Part shown: positions 40,812 through 51,487 of the stretch, piece after piece
Layout: every line of letters begins with the position of its first letter
Position numbering within the stretch: position 1 is the stretch's first letter
Source: Cyanobacteriota bacterium
Lineage (GTDB): Bacteria > Cyanobacteriota > Cyanobacteriia > Cyanobacteriales > Nostocaceae
DNA length: 64,000 nt
Direction of reading: 5' to 3'
NCBI GenBank assembly: GCA_046045965.1
Contig: JBJOKS010000017.1
Coordinates: 32,001-96,000 of the forward strand
Program-made: the position numbers and the translations under genes
Notes under the pieces: model-generated
What the model was told of the DNA's origin: nothing
Databases searched by the model: none
Seen by the model: the letters and a program-made list of their open reading frames with translations, nothing else

Positions 40812-41564
40812 CTAGCTACCAACCTCTTGCTTAACTTTTGTCGATATAGGTACAAGAGGTTTGCTGCTGCTTGTTAGTAGCATTTGTAAACCATCCAAGG
40901 TTTGCAAACTATTCAAAGCTGCTTCCCGAATTACGGCTTCTTCTTCCCTACTCAATAGAAGTTGTAAGCATTCAACAACATTTTGCTTGACTGAAGTGTC
41001 AGTTTGTTTGCGAGTGATGAATTTAGTTAGTTGGCGCACAGCAAGCAAGCGTTTTAAGGGATCTGTTTCTGTTAAGTTATTCAACAGTTGTTCGAGATGG
41101 TCTTCTTCTCGATTTCCCTGAAAGTTGAAAATTTGCCACACCAACAACACTAAAGTTAGCAATGTGCCGAACCCTTGCACAATAGCACCAACAGCCATCC
41201 AGGTACTAGGAGAATCAACCCAAATGGCAGCTGTCATGTAAGTCATAAAAGTAGCAACACCACCACTAAGAACCGCTAAAGCTAACCGACTGTTGGCACT
41301 GTTTAAAAACCTGCGTATTTCTAACCAACTTATTTGCCAGTTCCATTTAGGTATTGAATAAGCCACGAGCATTACCCCAATACCAACGGTAAGTGCTAAT
41401 AGCAACTTCCAGTTCCAAAACAGCATAGCAACGATAATTGTCAAGAACCCAAGAATGGTTCCAGGTTCAGAGAAACGTTTTAATTGTCGCTGCTTTGGGC
41501 TTCCTGTCTTGATCTCTGGAAGCTGTTTGATTAATTGCCGCCAAGAAGACGAAGCCTGTGTCAC
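40812..41564 (-). CDS. Hypothetical membrane protein with C-terminal HEAT-like helices
   Basis: About four hydrophobic segments, then DPLKRLLAVRQL...EEAVIREAALNSL. Confidence 0.7.
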   Translation of the reverse strand: MTQASSSWRQLIKQLPEIKTGSPKQRQLKRFSEPGTILGFLTIIVAMLFWNWKLLLALTVGIGVMLVAYSIPKWNWQISWLEIRRFLNSANSRLALAVLSGGVATFMTYMTAAIWVDSPSTWMAVGAIVQGFGTLLTLVLLVWQIFNFQGNREEDHLEQLLNNLTETDPLKRLLAVRQLTKFITRKQTDTSVKQNVVECLQLLLSREEEAVIREAALNSLQTLDGLQMLLTSSSKPLVPISTKVKQEVGS

Positions 41565-41833
41565 AGTTTTTACCTACCTGATATCAGATTTCTTGATTTG
41601 CGGACATAATGCCTACATCTCCAGAATTATATTTGATTTATTGAAATTTTTTTTAAACCGCGTCCTGACTTCGACCTGCTCATGAATATGTCAATCTCAC
41701 GATGGTCAGAAGTTATGGTGTGCTTGATTAGTTGATAATAAGAGTGGCGAATTTGTCACCCATGCTTGAGCATTTTGGATCTACCTTGGTGCTAAAAATG
41801 CTAATTAGTCAAAAAAATAGCTAAAAAATACTT

Positions 41834-42730
41834 ATGTTGCAACCTTTAGGCTTTCAGCAAAGCTCTATAAATACATCATTAGGGCGGATGGTGTACTATA
41901 CTGCTAGTGGCTCACCGTGGCAGGATCAAGGCGAAACTTCTGATAGGGAAACTTTGTTATTTCTGCATGGCTTTGGTGGTGGGTCTTCTGCTTATGAGTG
42001 GTCGAAGGTATATCCAGCTTTTGCTGTTGAATATCGAGTTATTGCACCAGATTTAATTGGTTGGGGTCAATCTGAGCATCCGCAACGCAGTTACAAGATT
42101 GAGGACTATTTGACGACTATTCAAGAGTTTATTGAGCAGACTTGTACAGAACCAGTGATAGTTGTAGCTTCTTCTCTGACAGCTGCGTTTATAATTCGAG
42201 TAGCGATCGCACGTCCTGATTTATTTAAGTCTTTAATTCTTGTCAGTCCCGCTGGACTTTCTGATTTTGGAGAAGACTACTCCCGCAGCTTTTTTGCTCA
42301 GTTGGTGAGCGTTCCTGTTGTTGACCGTTTGTTATATAGTACAGGAATTGCTACTGATGGCGGTATTCGCAGCTTTTTAGAGCAAAGACAATTTGCTGAA
42401 TCTCATCGAGTTTATCAAGAGATTGTCGATGCTTATTTACAATCTGCCCAACAACCAAATGCTGAATATGCAGCACTCTCTTTTGTCCGTGGAGATTTAT
42501 GTTTTGATTTGTCTCTTTACATTCAGCAATTGACAACTCCTACGGCTATTATTTGGGGAAAAAAATCACAATTTACAGGTCCAGAAATTGGTCGTCGCTT
42601 TGCGGAAATGAATCCCCAAAATATTCGATTTTTTCAACCTTTAGAAAATGTAGGATTAACTCCACAATTAGAATTACCAGCGGTGACAATTGGATTAATT
42701 CGGAAATTTTTAACTTTGCTGAATGGGTAA
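41834..42730 (+). CDS. Alpha/beta fold hydrolase
   Basis: LFLHGFGGG, APDLIGWGQS, IIWG; the nucleophile elbow is atypical (ASSLTA). Confidence 0.85.
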   Translation: MLQPLGFQQSSINTSLGRMVYYTASGSPWQDQGETSDRETLLFLHGFGGGSSAYEWSKVYPAFAVEYRVIAPDLIGWGQSEHPQRSYKIEDYLTTIQEFIEQTCTEPVIVVASSLTAAFIIRVAIARPDLFKSLILVSPAGLSDFGEDYSRSFFAQLVSVPVVDRLLYSTGIATDGGIRSFLEQRQFAESHRVYQEIVDAYLQSAQQPNAEYAALSFVRGDLCFDLSLYIQQLTTPTAIIWGKKSQFTGPEIGRRFAEMNPQNIRFFQPLENVGLTPQLELPAVTIGLIRKFLTLLNG

Positions 42731-42731
42731 T

Positions 42732-42870
42732 TGGGGACTGGGGACTGGGGACTGGGGACTCTTAAGAAAGCAGGGGAAGCAGGGGGAGAATATTAACTTT
42801 TGCCTTTTGCCTTTTGTCTTTTGCCTTTTGCCTTTTGCCTTCTGTTCCCTGTTCCCTGTTCCCTGTTCCC
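42732..42870. repeat. STRR heptamer arrays (GGGGACT, TTTTGCC, CCCTGTT)
   Basis: Directly visible tandem heptamers typical of Nostocales. Confidence 0.85.
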
Positions 42871-42891
42871 TTTTTCCCAATGACCAAAATA

Positions 42892-43425
42892 CTATTTATC
42901 TTTTAAACGAATATCAATCACAGAAGCGTTGAAATTATAGTTAAAACCTTCTAGTTCAAAAGGCATCCCAATTTTAACTTTACTATTACCTAAAACCGGA
43001 CCGCTGTCGGTAACTTGTGCTTTACCTTCCAGGGTCAAAAGAAAATCTGTACTAAAGTTGTTAGCTCTGGGATCTGGTAATTCTTTAATTGAACCATCTG
43101 GTTGTGGAACAGTGACAGTTCTTTCTAGCTGTTGAATAGCTTTAATGCCAATTTGTCCGTAGGGTTGATTACGAATAATGACATTTGTTTTACCACCCTT
43201 GGTAAATCCTTGTTTAAATAACTGCTCAGGATCAAGGACGTTTAAACCACGTACTACTAAGTCTACTTCAATAGGTACTGTTTTTGTGCCGACTTGAGCT
43301 ACAGAACCGGAAGTTCCGGGAAATATAAAGATGCCAATGATAACTAATAAGATTACCAGCGCAGCACCTAAATCGAGTAGGTTGATTTTGCCGAATAAGC
43401 GACCTTTAGAATCTAAAATAGGCAT
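42892..43425 (-). CDS. DUF4330-like membrane-anchored protein
   Basis: MPILDSKGRLFGKINLLD followed by one TM helix. Confidence 0.75.
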   Translation of the reverse strand: MPILDSKGRLFGKINLLDLGAALVILLVIIGIFIFPGTSGSVAQVGTKTVPIEVDLVVRGLNVLDPEQLFKQGFTKGGKTNVIIRNQPYGQIGIKAIQQLERTVTVPQPDGSIKELPDPRANNFSTDFLLTLEGKAQVTDSGPVLGNSKVKIGMPFELEGFNYNFNASVIDIRLKDK

Positions 43426-43718
43426 AACAAGTTTTTTTGAGGTTAAATTGCAGATGAAGGCCAACTAATTTGCAGTTGGGAATTTCTGATTTTTAATCAT
43501 AGCGTAGACTATAGGGTTTTCCGTCTTGCCATCCTGCTGTGAATATGGTTGTTTAGATCAAAGAGCCGCTGGAGCAGCATAACAAACAAACACGAAAAAA
43601 TCCCATATTGGGCGAAGTTTTACCTCTGTTATATGTATTGAGTTGGAAATGCAACTTAGTCAGTTGTAAATACGTCTGCTAATTTTAAGTTCTCACACCA
43701 CTCTATTTTCATGGGATT

Positions 43719-44573
43719 ATGATTAACTGGAATGGATTTTTGGCAAATTACCGTGTATGGCGGCGACGTTGGTTGTATCCGTTGATTTCGCTAAGTGTTG
43801 CTCTGAGTCTGTGTTTGAGTACACCTTTACCCAGCAAAGCTATAGATTTATTACCGCTTTTATTCCAAGGTGTACAAATATTTCAGTTGTCTAATTTATC
43901 TCCTCGTCAGGAAGTTGAGCTTGGTAGACAGATGAATGATCAATTGCGTCAAGAAGTCAGAATTTCCCGTAATCAACAGCTTAATAGCTATGTGGAGCAG
44001 ATTGGTAGAAGGTTAGCAGCTAATAGCGATCGCTCTAATATTCCTTATACTTTTCAGGTGGTTGAGGATGATGCTGTTAACGCTTTTGCGACTACTGGCG
44101 GTTTCGTTTATATAAATACAGGGTTGTTAAAAGCTGCGGAAAATGAAGCGGAATTAGCTGGTGTAATTGGTCATGAAATGGGTCACATTGAGGGTCAACA
44201 CTTGATCAAGCAGATGCGAGAAAGAGCGATCGCTAGTGGTATTGCTAGTGCAACTGGCTTAAATCGGAATCAGGCGGTAGCCATAGGTGTTGATTTGGCA
44301 CTTAACCGTCCGCGCAGTCGTAAAGATGAATATGATGCTGATACAAGAGGATTAAGAGCTTTAACACGGTCTGGTTATTCCCCCTCAGCGATGGTTTCGT
44401 TTATGAAAAAGCTCCAGGGAAGGAGTTCAATTCCTACTTTTTTGAGTACACACCCTGGAGCGAGCGATCGCGTTAATGCTCTTCAAAAACAAATAAACAA
44501 GCTGCCAAGCAATAGCAATTATGGTTTAGACAATGCGGCTTACCAAGCTAATATACGAGCATTTTTACGGTAA
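43719..44573 (+). CDS. M48 family metallopeptidase
   Basis: NAFATTGG, ELAGVIGHEMGH (HExxH), EYDAD, FLSTHP. Confidence 0.92.
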   Translation: MINWNGFLANYRVWRRRWLYPLISLSVALSLCLSTPLPSKAIDLLPLLFQGVQIFQLSNLSPRQEVELGRQMNDQLRQEVRISRNQQLNSYVEQIGRRLAANSDRSNIPYTFQVVEDDAVNAFATTGGFVYINTGLLKAAENEAELAGVIGHEMGHIEGQHLIKQMRERAIASGIASATGLNRNQAVAIGVDLALNRPRSRKDEYDADTRGLRALTRSGYSPSAMVSFMKKLQGRSSIPTFLSTHPGASDRVNALQKQINKLPSNSNYGLDNAAYQANIRAFLR

Positions 44574-44626
44574 AAAATGCCCATCCAAAACCCAATTACG
44601 AATGAGCAATTATGAATTATGAATTG

Positions 44627-45391
44627 TTAAAAGGCGCGTTGCTTGTGACGACGACTCACTTTAATTTCCTTTGGTTCAACCTTCGTGACTGCTTTTGCTA
44701 AAGGTAAAGTACGAACGCTGCTGCTAAAAACATTAGCTTGATAAACTAGGTTATTAGTAATATCTAGTCCAGTTAACCAACCACTGCGCGGATGATAAGC
44801 ACCAGTATCAATATCTAACCAGCCTTGTCCGCTCGCCAATTGACCAGGAGCAACCCCTGGTAGAGTGAAAGTGATGGTATGTCCGACGATAATTAACTTC
44901 TCGGTAAAGTACGGAAGTTCCATGCTGTGAAACTCATCGCGTATCCAGCAAAGTTCCTCAGAGGTTTGTTCTGATACCGACTTTTTAGGGTCAACACCTG
45001 CATGAGTTAACCAAACATCCCCCAAGTCAATGTATGTTGGTAGGTTTGCAAACCAATCTAGATGCTCTTGAGGGATTTTGGCAGCTTGATAGCTGGTAAT
45101 GGTTGCTTGTCCCCCACTATAAAGCCATGCTTGTAGTGTCTGGTGAGAGTTACAACTATTATTCATTACACTTAAAAGCATCTGCTCATGATTACCCATC
45201 AGACAAGGATAGTTATTTTCTCTCACAAAATTTACTACCTGTGCGCTTTGGGGTCCACGATCTATTAAGTCTCCCAAAAAATAGACTTGATCTTCTGATG
45301 TGGGTGCAATTTCCTTCAGAAGTAGCATTAAACCCTGATAGTAACCATGTACGTCCCCAATAATAATTCGGCGTGGACTAATTTCGCTCAT
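44627..45391 (-). CDS. PPP-family metallophosphoesterase (Ser/Thr phosphatase)
   Basis: GDVHG, GDLIDRG, GNHE, GHT, IDTG. Confidence 0.92.
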   Translation of the reverse strand: MSEISPRRIIIGDVHGYYQGLMLLLKEIAPTSEDQVYFLGDLIDRGPQSAQVVNFVRENNYPCLMGNHEQMLLSVMNNSCNSHQTLQAWLYSGGQATITSYQAAKIPQEHLDWFANLPTYIDLGDVWLTHAGVDPKKSVSEQTSEELCWIRDEFHSMELPYFTEKLIIVGHTITFTLPGVAPGQLASGQGWLDIDTGAYHPRSGWLTGLDITNNLVYQANVFSSSVRTLPLAKAVTKVEPKEIKVSRRHKQRAF

Positions 45392-45617
45392 AATATCTTC
45401 ACTCGTTGAATAAATTTACTGATATAGTTTTACTACAGTTTTAGGTGTCAGATTTTCGCCTGTAAGGGCAACTAAGTATTTGATTAATTACATCATTTAT
45501 TTTTAACAAAAAAAACCGTGACTTAGTGAAAATTATATCATGAGATAAATGTCTATACTTTTGTAACTATAGCTTAGAATATAGACGATCAACTCCTAAC
45601 TAACGTAACAAATCACA

Positions 45618-45902
45618 ATGTCTGATCAGTTTTCTCCAGAAATTAGCGATCGCATCTGTAAACACATGAACGAAGATCATGCAGATGCTGTAGTGATATA
45701 CGCCCAGGCATTTGGTAACATCAAAAATGCCAAAACAGCCCAGATGCTATCAATTGATGGACAGGGTATGGATTTAACTGTACAAGTGGATGGAGAAACA
45801 TTACCAGTTCGCATCCAGTTTGATCACACCTTAGCCGATGCTGAAGATGCTCATCAAACTTTGATTACGATGGTGAAGCAAGCGCGGGTAAGAAACCACT
45901 AA
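45618..45902 (+). CDS. DUF2470 domain protein
   Basis: RICKHMNEDHADA, IDGQGMDL motif. Confidence 0.8.
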   Translation: MSDQFSPEISDRICKHMNEDHADAVVIYAQAFGNIKNAKTAQMLSIDGQGMDLTVQVDGETLPVRIQFDHTLADAEDAHQTLITMVKQARVRNH

Positions 45903-46006
45903 ATTGTTAAGTGATATTACAAACCTTGGAAAAATATTGAGAAATTGCCCATCAGTCAAACATAGTTTTAAGGTAGAACCTATAGGATAAACTTGAGGCA
46001 AATAAG

Positions 46007-46324
46007 ATGAATAAAAATAATATTCAAAACTATCGCTTTGTCTGCACTTTGACCTTTGGTGATATCTACGGTCAAATTATTGTTTGGTTAATTACAATTA
46101 CCATTAGTTTAGCTTCGGCTTTGGCACTGATGGGCGCAAGAAGACCAGTATATGCGTTAGCTACGGTAGGACTCGTGATTTTTCTCACACTACCTTTCTT
46201 GCTGTTTGCCTTTGTGACAACATTGTTAAATCATATAGAATTAACTGCTGTGGAACCGGGAACAAAAACTGAACCTATGCCCGGTAACGTTTCTCAGCAA
46301 CAGCCTATCCAAGCAACCAGTTGA
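46007..46324 (+). CDS. Small conserved two-TM membrane protein
   Basis: YRFVCTLTFGDIYGQII plus two hydrophobic helices. Confidence 0.7.
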   Translation: MNKNNIQNYRFVCTLTFGDIYGQIIVWLITITISLASALALMGARRPVYALATVGLVIFLTLPFLLFAFVTTLLNHIELTAVEPGTKTEPMPGNVSQQQPIQATS

Positions 46325-46431
46325 TCAATTGGTAATTGGTAATTGGTAATGGGTAGTGGCAAGAAACTAATCAATAAGATAACATCCCTGTTTACAGACA
46401 GGGTATTTTTTTTGGAATTGAGGTATTAAAA

Positions 46432-48159
46432 ATGTTAGAACATGATGTAATTATTGTTGGTGGTGGTTTGGCTGGATGTCAGGCGGCGTTAGAAATTGCT
46501 AGAACTGACCCCAGGTTAAAGGTGGCGGTAGTTGCTAAAACTCATCCCATCCGTTCCCACTCTGTAGCTGCTCAAGGTGGGATGGCCGCATCTTTGAAAA
46601 ATGTTGATCCAGAAGATAGCTGGGAAGCACACGCTTTTGATACTGTTAAGGGTTCTGATTATTTGGCGGATCAGGACGCTGTAGCTATTCTCACCCAAGA
46701 AGCGCCAAATGTAGTCATTGATTTAGAGCATTTGGGGGTTTTGTTTTCCCGTCTCCCGGATGGTAGAATTGCTCAAAGGGCTTTTGGTGGACATTCCCAC
46801 AACCGCACCTGTTACGCGGCTGATAAAACTGGTCATGCAATTTTACATGAGTTAGTCAATAACTTGCGACGTTATGGTGTGCAAATTTACCAAGAGTGGT
46901 ATGTAATGCGCCTGATCTTAGAAGATGGTCAGGCGAAGGGTTTGGTGATGTTTCACCTGCTGGATGGACATATTGAGGTGGTGCGGGCTAAAGCCGTGAT
47001 GTTTGCAACGGGGGGATATGGTCGCGTTTATAACACTACATCTAATGATTATGCTTCCACAGGTGATGGTTTGGCAATGACAGCGATCGCAGGTTTGCCT
47101 TTAGAAGATATGGAATTTGTGCAGTTTCACCCAACAGGGTTGTATCCAGTGGGGGTGCTAATTTCTGAAGCAGTACGGGGAGAAGGTGCTTATTTAATCA
47201 ATGCTGAAGGCGATCGCTTTATGGCTAATTATGCCCCCAGTCGTATGGAATTAGCACCTCGTGATATTACCTCAAGAGCGATCGCCTACGAAATTCGCGC
47301 AGGAAGAGGTATCAATACAGACGGAAGTGCAGGAGGTCAATTTGTTTATCTGGACTTGCGACACATGGGTAAAGAAAAAATTATGAGTCGTGTACCTTTC
47401 TGCTGGGAAGAAGCACACCGTTTAGTTGGTGTAGATGCAGTCACCCAACCCATGCCAGTACGTCCTACCATTCATTATTGCATGGGTGGTATACCAGTGA
47501 ACACAGATGGACAAGTGCGCCGCAGTGCCGATGATTTAGTAGAAGGCTTTTTTGCGGCTGGGGAAACAGCTTGTGTTTCCGTGCATGGTGCGAACCGTTT
47601 AGGTAGTAACTCGCTGTTAGAATGTGTAGTTTATGGCAAGAGAACCGGGGCAAGTATAGCTAGATATGTGCAGAATCGCAAATTACCAGCAATAAATGAA
47701 CAACATTATATAACAGAAGCAAAAAAAGAAATTCAAAGTTTATTAGCACAAAAAGGAAAATATCGCATTAATCAAATTCGGCAAGCATTTCAAGACACAA
47801 TGACGCAATTTTGTGGAGTATTTAGAACATCAGAATTAATGGGTGAAGGTTTGCAGAAAATAGGAGAAATACAACAAAAATATGATGAAATTTATTTAGA
47901 TGATAAAGGCAGTTGTTGGAATACAGAATTAGTAGAAGCATTAGAATTAAAAAGTTTAATGGTAGTGGGAAATACGATTTTACACTCTGCATTTAATCGT
48001 CAAGAAAGTAGAGGAGCGCATTTTCGGGAAGACTTTCCCAATAGAGATGATAGTAATTTCTTAAAACACACAATGGCTTATTATTCACCTGCGGGAATTG
48101 ATATTGAATATATGCCGGTGGTGGTGAATATGTTCGAGCCAAAAGAGAGAAAGTATTAA
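46432..48159 (+). CDS. sdhA: Succinate dehydrogenase/fumarate reductase flavoprotein subunit
   Basis: GGGLAG, RSHSVAAQGG (covalent FAD His), QFHPTG, HYCMGG, HGANRLGSNSL, ESRGAH. Confidence 0.95.
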   Translation: MLEHDVIIVGGGLAGCQAALEIARTDPRLKVAVVAKTHPIRSHSVAAQGGMAASLKNVDPEDSWEAHAFDTVKGSDYLADQDAVAILTQEAPNVVIDLEHLGVLFSRLPDGRIAQRAFGGHSHNRTCYAADKTGHAILHELVNNLRRYGVQIYQEWYVMRLILEDGQAKGLVMFHLLDGHIEVVRAKAVMFATGGYGRVYNTTSNDYASTGDGLAMTAIAGLPLEDMEFVQFHPTGLYPVGVLISEAVRGEGAYLINAEGDRFMANYAPSRMELAPRDITSRAIAYEIRAGRGINTDGSAGGQFVYLDLRHMGKEKIMSRVPFCWEEAHRLVGVDAVTQPMPVRPTIHYCMGGIPVNTDGQVRRSADDLVEGFFAAGETACVSVHGANRLGSNSLLECVVYGKRTGASIARYVQNRKLPAINEQHYITEAKKEIQSLLAQKGKYRINQIRQAFQDTMTQFCGVFRTSELMGEGLQKIGEIQQKYDEIYLDDKGSCWNTELVEALELKSLMVVGNTILHSAFNRQESRGAHFREDFPNRDDSNFLKHTMAYYSPAGIDIEYMPVVVNMFEPKERKY

Positions 48160-48178
48160 AATTAGAGGATTTTTTATT

Positions 48179-48580
48179 TCACGCAGAGGCGCAAAGGAGC
48201 AAAGGAAGAGAAGAAGATGAAAATGCTCTTTCTCTGTGTTCTCTGTGCCTCTGTGGTTCGTTTATTCCAAGTTCTTAGGAACGAACCACGAAGGAGCGTT
48301 CGCGAAGCGTCCCGAAGGGATAGGACACGAAGGAAGAAAGGAGGGAAGAAGGAAGATTTGTTTTTTTTGGCTAGATTATGCCAAAATATACATAAATCCT
48401 TATGTATCATCATCATGATTGGGGAAATATTACGACGTGTTAATATTGGTGAACAAGAACGCTATATTGACAAGAAGGGAAGATTTATTTATTAGCTGGT
48501 GAATCTAAAATAGAGTGCTTAATAATTTATCCAAAAATACCTCCTCTTCCTCTCTGCGTCTCTGCGCCTCTGCGTGAGAA
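48179..48580. repeat. REP-like palindromic repeat cluster
   Basis: TCACGCAGAGGCGCAAAG (48179) and its inverse CTCTGCGCCTCTGCGTGAGA (~48560); inner CTCTGTGCCTCTGTGGTTCG / CGAACCACGAAG pair. Confidence 0.55.
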
Positions 48581-48610
48581 AATAAAAACATCTACCACCC
48601 ATAAAAAACC

Positions 48611-50083
48611 ATGATACAAACTCAAGAAAAAACCCAAATAGACTGGAAACCCATCATTAAAAAATTCGTCGCTGTCCTGGGTGAAAAAGGGGTAGTCCAA
48701 CGCAAAGAAGAACTATTAACTTATGAATGTGACGGTTTAACCAGCTATCGTCAACGTCCCGCAGTCGCAGTTTTACCCCGCACCACAGAACAAGTAGCGG
48801 AAGTTGTGAAAATATGTAATCAATATTCCGTCCCCTTCATCGCTAGAGGTTCAGGAACTGGTTTATCTGGTGGTGCTTTACCATCAGAAGATTCAGTTTT
48901 AATTGTCACATCTTTAATGCGGCAAATTCTGAAAATTGATTTAGAAAATCAACGTGCTATTGTCCAACCAGGGGTAATAAATAGTTGGGTGACACAAGCT
49001 GTTAGTGGTGCTGGTTTTTATTACGCACCAGACCCTTCTAGTCAAATTATCTGCTCAATTGGTGGTAATATTGCTGAAAATTCTGGGGGAGTACATTGTT
49101 TAAAATACGGTGTCACAACTAATCATGTTTTGGGTTTAAAACTCGTACTTCCCGATGGTTCAATTGTGGATGTGGGTGGACAAATTCCCGAAATGCCCGG
49201 ATATGATTTAACAGGTGTATTTGTGGGTTCAGAAGGAACTTTAGGAATAGCTACAGAAATAACTTTAAAAATCCTCAAAAGTGCCGAATCAATTTGTGTT
49301 TTATTAGCAGATTTTACCAGTGTTGAAGCTGCGGCTGCTAGTGTTTCTGATATTATCAGTGCTGGCATTATTCCTGGTGGCATGGAAATGATGGATAATG
49401 TTAGTATTAACGCTGTGGAAGATGTGGTTGCTACTAATTGTTATCCCCGTGATGCGACGGCAATTTTGTTAGTAGAAATTGATGGTTTAGAAGTAGAAGT
49501 TGCCGAAAATAAACAGAGAGTAGCAGAAATTTGTTTAAAAAATGGGGCGCGGAATATTACTGCTGCTGCTGACCCAGAAACGCGGTTAAAATTATGGAAA
49601 GGTCGAAAAGCGGCCTTTGCTGCTGCGGGACATATCAGCCCTGATTATTATGTTCAAGATGGGGTAATTCCTCGGACTCAATTACCTTATGTTTTGAATG
49701 AAATTGAGGCTATTAGCAAAAAATATGGTTATCAAATTGCTAATGTGTTTCACGCTGGAGATGGCAATTTACATCCTTTGATTTTATTTGATAATTCTAT
49801 CCCTGGAGAGTTGGAAAAAGTCGAAGAAGCGGGGGGAGAAATTCTCAAATTGTGTGTAAAAGTTGGTGGTAGCATTTCTGGTGAACACGGTATTGGTGCG
49901 GATAAAAAGTGTTATATGCCAGATATGTTTAGTGATGCGGATTTAGAAACTATGCAATGGGTAAGGCAGGTCTTTAATCCTCAAGGTTTGGCAAATCCTG
50001 GTAAAATGTTTCCCACACCGCGCACCTGTGGGGAAGCTGCAAAAGCATCACATCAGCAGTTTACTGGAGTGGAAAGGTTTTAA
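48611..50083 (+). CDS. glcD: Glycolate oxidase/dehydrogenase FAD-linked subunit
   Basis: ARGSGTGLSGG, APDPSS, GGVHCLKYG, GSEGTLG, HAGDGNLHP, SGEHGIG. Confidence 0.92.
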   Translation: MIQTQEKTQIDWKPIIKKFVAVLGEKGVVQRKEELLTYECDGLTSYRQRPAVAVLPRTTEQVAEVVKICNQYSVPFIARGSGTGLSGGALPSEDSVLIVTSLMRQILKIDLENQRAIVQPGVINSWVTQAVSGAGFYYAPDPSSQIICSIGGNIAENSGGVHCLKYGVTTNHVLGLKLVLPDGSIVDVGGQIPEMPGYDLTGVFVGSEGTLGIATEITLKILKSAESICVLLADFTSVEAAAASVSDIISAGIIPGGMEMMDNVSINAVEDVVATNCYPRDATAILLVEIDGLEVEVAENKQRVAEICLKNGARNITAAADPETRLKLWKGRKAAFAAAGHISPDYYVQDGVIPRTQLPYVLNEIEAISKKYGYQIANVFHAGDGNLHPLILFDNSIPGELEKVEEAGGEILKLCVKVGGSISGEHGIGADKKCYMPDMFSDADLETMQWVRQVFNPQGLANPGKMFPTPRTCGEAAKASHQQFTGVERF

Positions 50084-50239
50084 TTTGATCCCCCCAACCC
50101 CCCTTAAAAAGGGGGACTAATATCATCTGTCTTATTTATTCCTGATTTATTCCTGATCAGAAAATCATCAGATCCTTATATAATCCTGACAAATATAACT
50201 TGATTTTGTAGTTATATATATGAAAAAATTAATTTTATT

Positions 50240-51487
50240 TTGCAGATGAATAGGGTGATACGCCGTTGTTTTTCATTATTACTGTGTTTAGGGTTTGTAT
50301 TCAGTTTAACAGTATTTCCGATTTCTTCTACTTCGGTTTCTCCTCAAAAAACAAGTTCTTTAATCACAGAAATTCGCGGTGTTTGGCTGACTAATGTTGC
50401 TAGTGGTGTGCTTTTTATGCCTTGGGGTTTGGAACGTGCAGTAAATCAATTAGCAGCACTTAATTTTAATACAATTTATCCGGTGGCGTGGAACAGAGGT
50501 TACACTTTTTATAAAAGTCAGGTTGCTAAAGAGATTATTGGTGAATATACCGAACCTTTTTTGAATTTAATGAATCACGGAAATGATGTTTTATCGAAGT
50601 TGCTAAGGTTGGCAAAAAATAAAAATTTAAGTGTGATTCCTTGGTTTGAATATGGGTTTATGACTCCGGTTAATTCGGACTTAGGTAAAGCACACCCAGA
50701 ATGGTTAACAAGTGGACAACAAGGTATAAGTTCTGTTACAGAAAATCTGCCGGAGGAAATTAATAATAATGGTGTTTTTAATCGGCAGTTATGGTTAAAT
50801 CCTCTACATCCCCAAGTGCAAGAATTTATTTTGGGGTTAATTTTGGAAGTTGTTAAAAATTACAATGTTGATGGAATTCAAGTTGATGATCATTTTGGAA
50901 TGCCTGTACAATTTGGTTATGATTCCTTTACTGTTAAACTTTACCAAAAAGAACATTTAGGTAAGACTCCACCAACTGATAATTTTGATCCAGAATGGAT
51001 GCGCTGGAGGGCAAATAAACTGACTGATTTTATGGTCAGAATTAATCAAGAAGTCAAGAAAATTAAGCCACAAGCAAAAATATCTCTTTCTCCCAATTCT
51101 CAGTATTATGCCTATAAATACTATCTACAAGATTGGGAAACTTGGGTAAATAAGGGTTTGGTAGATGAGTTGATTTTGCAGGTATATCGAGATGAGAATG
51201 AATCTTTTATTAGGGAAATTGAACAACCTGCGGTAAAATTAGCTATGACTAAAATTCCTGTGAGTATTGGTATTTCAACGGGAACTTTAGTTAGTCCTGT
51301 GGATATTGAACGCATTAAAGAGAAGGTTAAAATTGTGCGCGATCACAAATTTTTTGGCTTTTCTTTTTTCTATTGGGAAAGTTTGTGGGGTTACATCTCT
51401 CCTGAATCACCTCAAAAGCGAAGGAAGGCTTTTTTGGAGATGTTTTCTACTCAAGCTGTTAAACCTTTAAAACTAAAAAAATTGTGA
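50240..51487 (+). CDS. Glycoside hydrolase family 10-like (DUF187/GHL10) protein
   Basis: EIRGVWLTN, PWFEYG, WLNPLHPQVQ, DGIQVDDHF, QDW; N-terminal signal-like segment. Confidence 0.85.
   Translation: MQMNRVIRRCFSLLLCLGFVFSLTVFPISSTSVSPQKTSSLITEIRGVWLTNVASGVLFMPWGLERAVNQLAALNFNTIYPVAWNRGYTFYKSQVAKEIIGEYTEPFLNLMNHGNDVLSKLLRLAKNKNLSVIPWFEYGFMTPVNSDLGKAHPEWLTSGQQGISSVTENLPEEINNNGVFNRQLWLNPLHPQVQEFILGLILEVVKNYNVDGIQVDDHFGMPVQFGYDSFTVKLYQKEHLGKTPPTDNFDPEWMRWRANKLTDFMVRINQEVKKIKPQAKISLSPNSQYYAYKYYLQDWETWVNKGLVDELILQVYRDENESFIREIEQPAVKLAMTKIPVSIGISTGTLVSPVDIERIKEKVKIVRDHKFFGFSFFYWESLWGYISPESPQKRRKAFLEMFSTQAVKPLKLKKL

Noticed and set aside
42723..42932. Short ORFs made of heptamer repeats (also 13172-13372, 39768-40028, 63370-63688)
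   Set aside because: The translations (GTGDWGL, FCLLP, SPVTSHQ) are artefacts of STRR arrays.
48217..48495. 92-aa ORF between sdhA and glcD
   Set aside because: Mostly translated REP-like repeats; no family recognisable.
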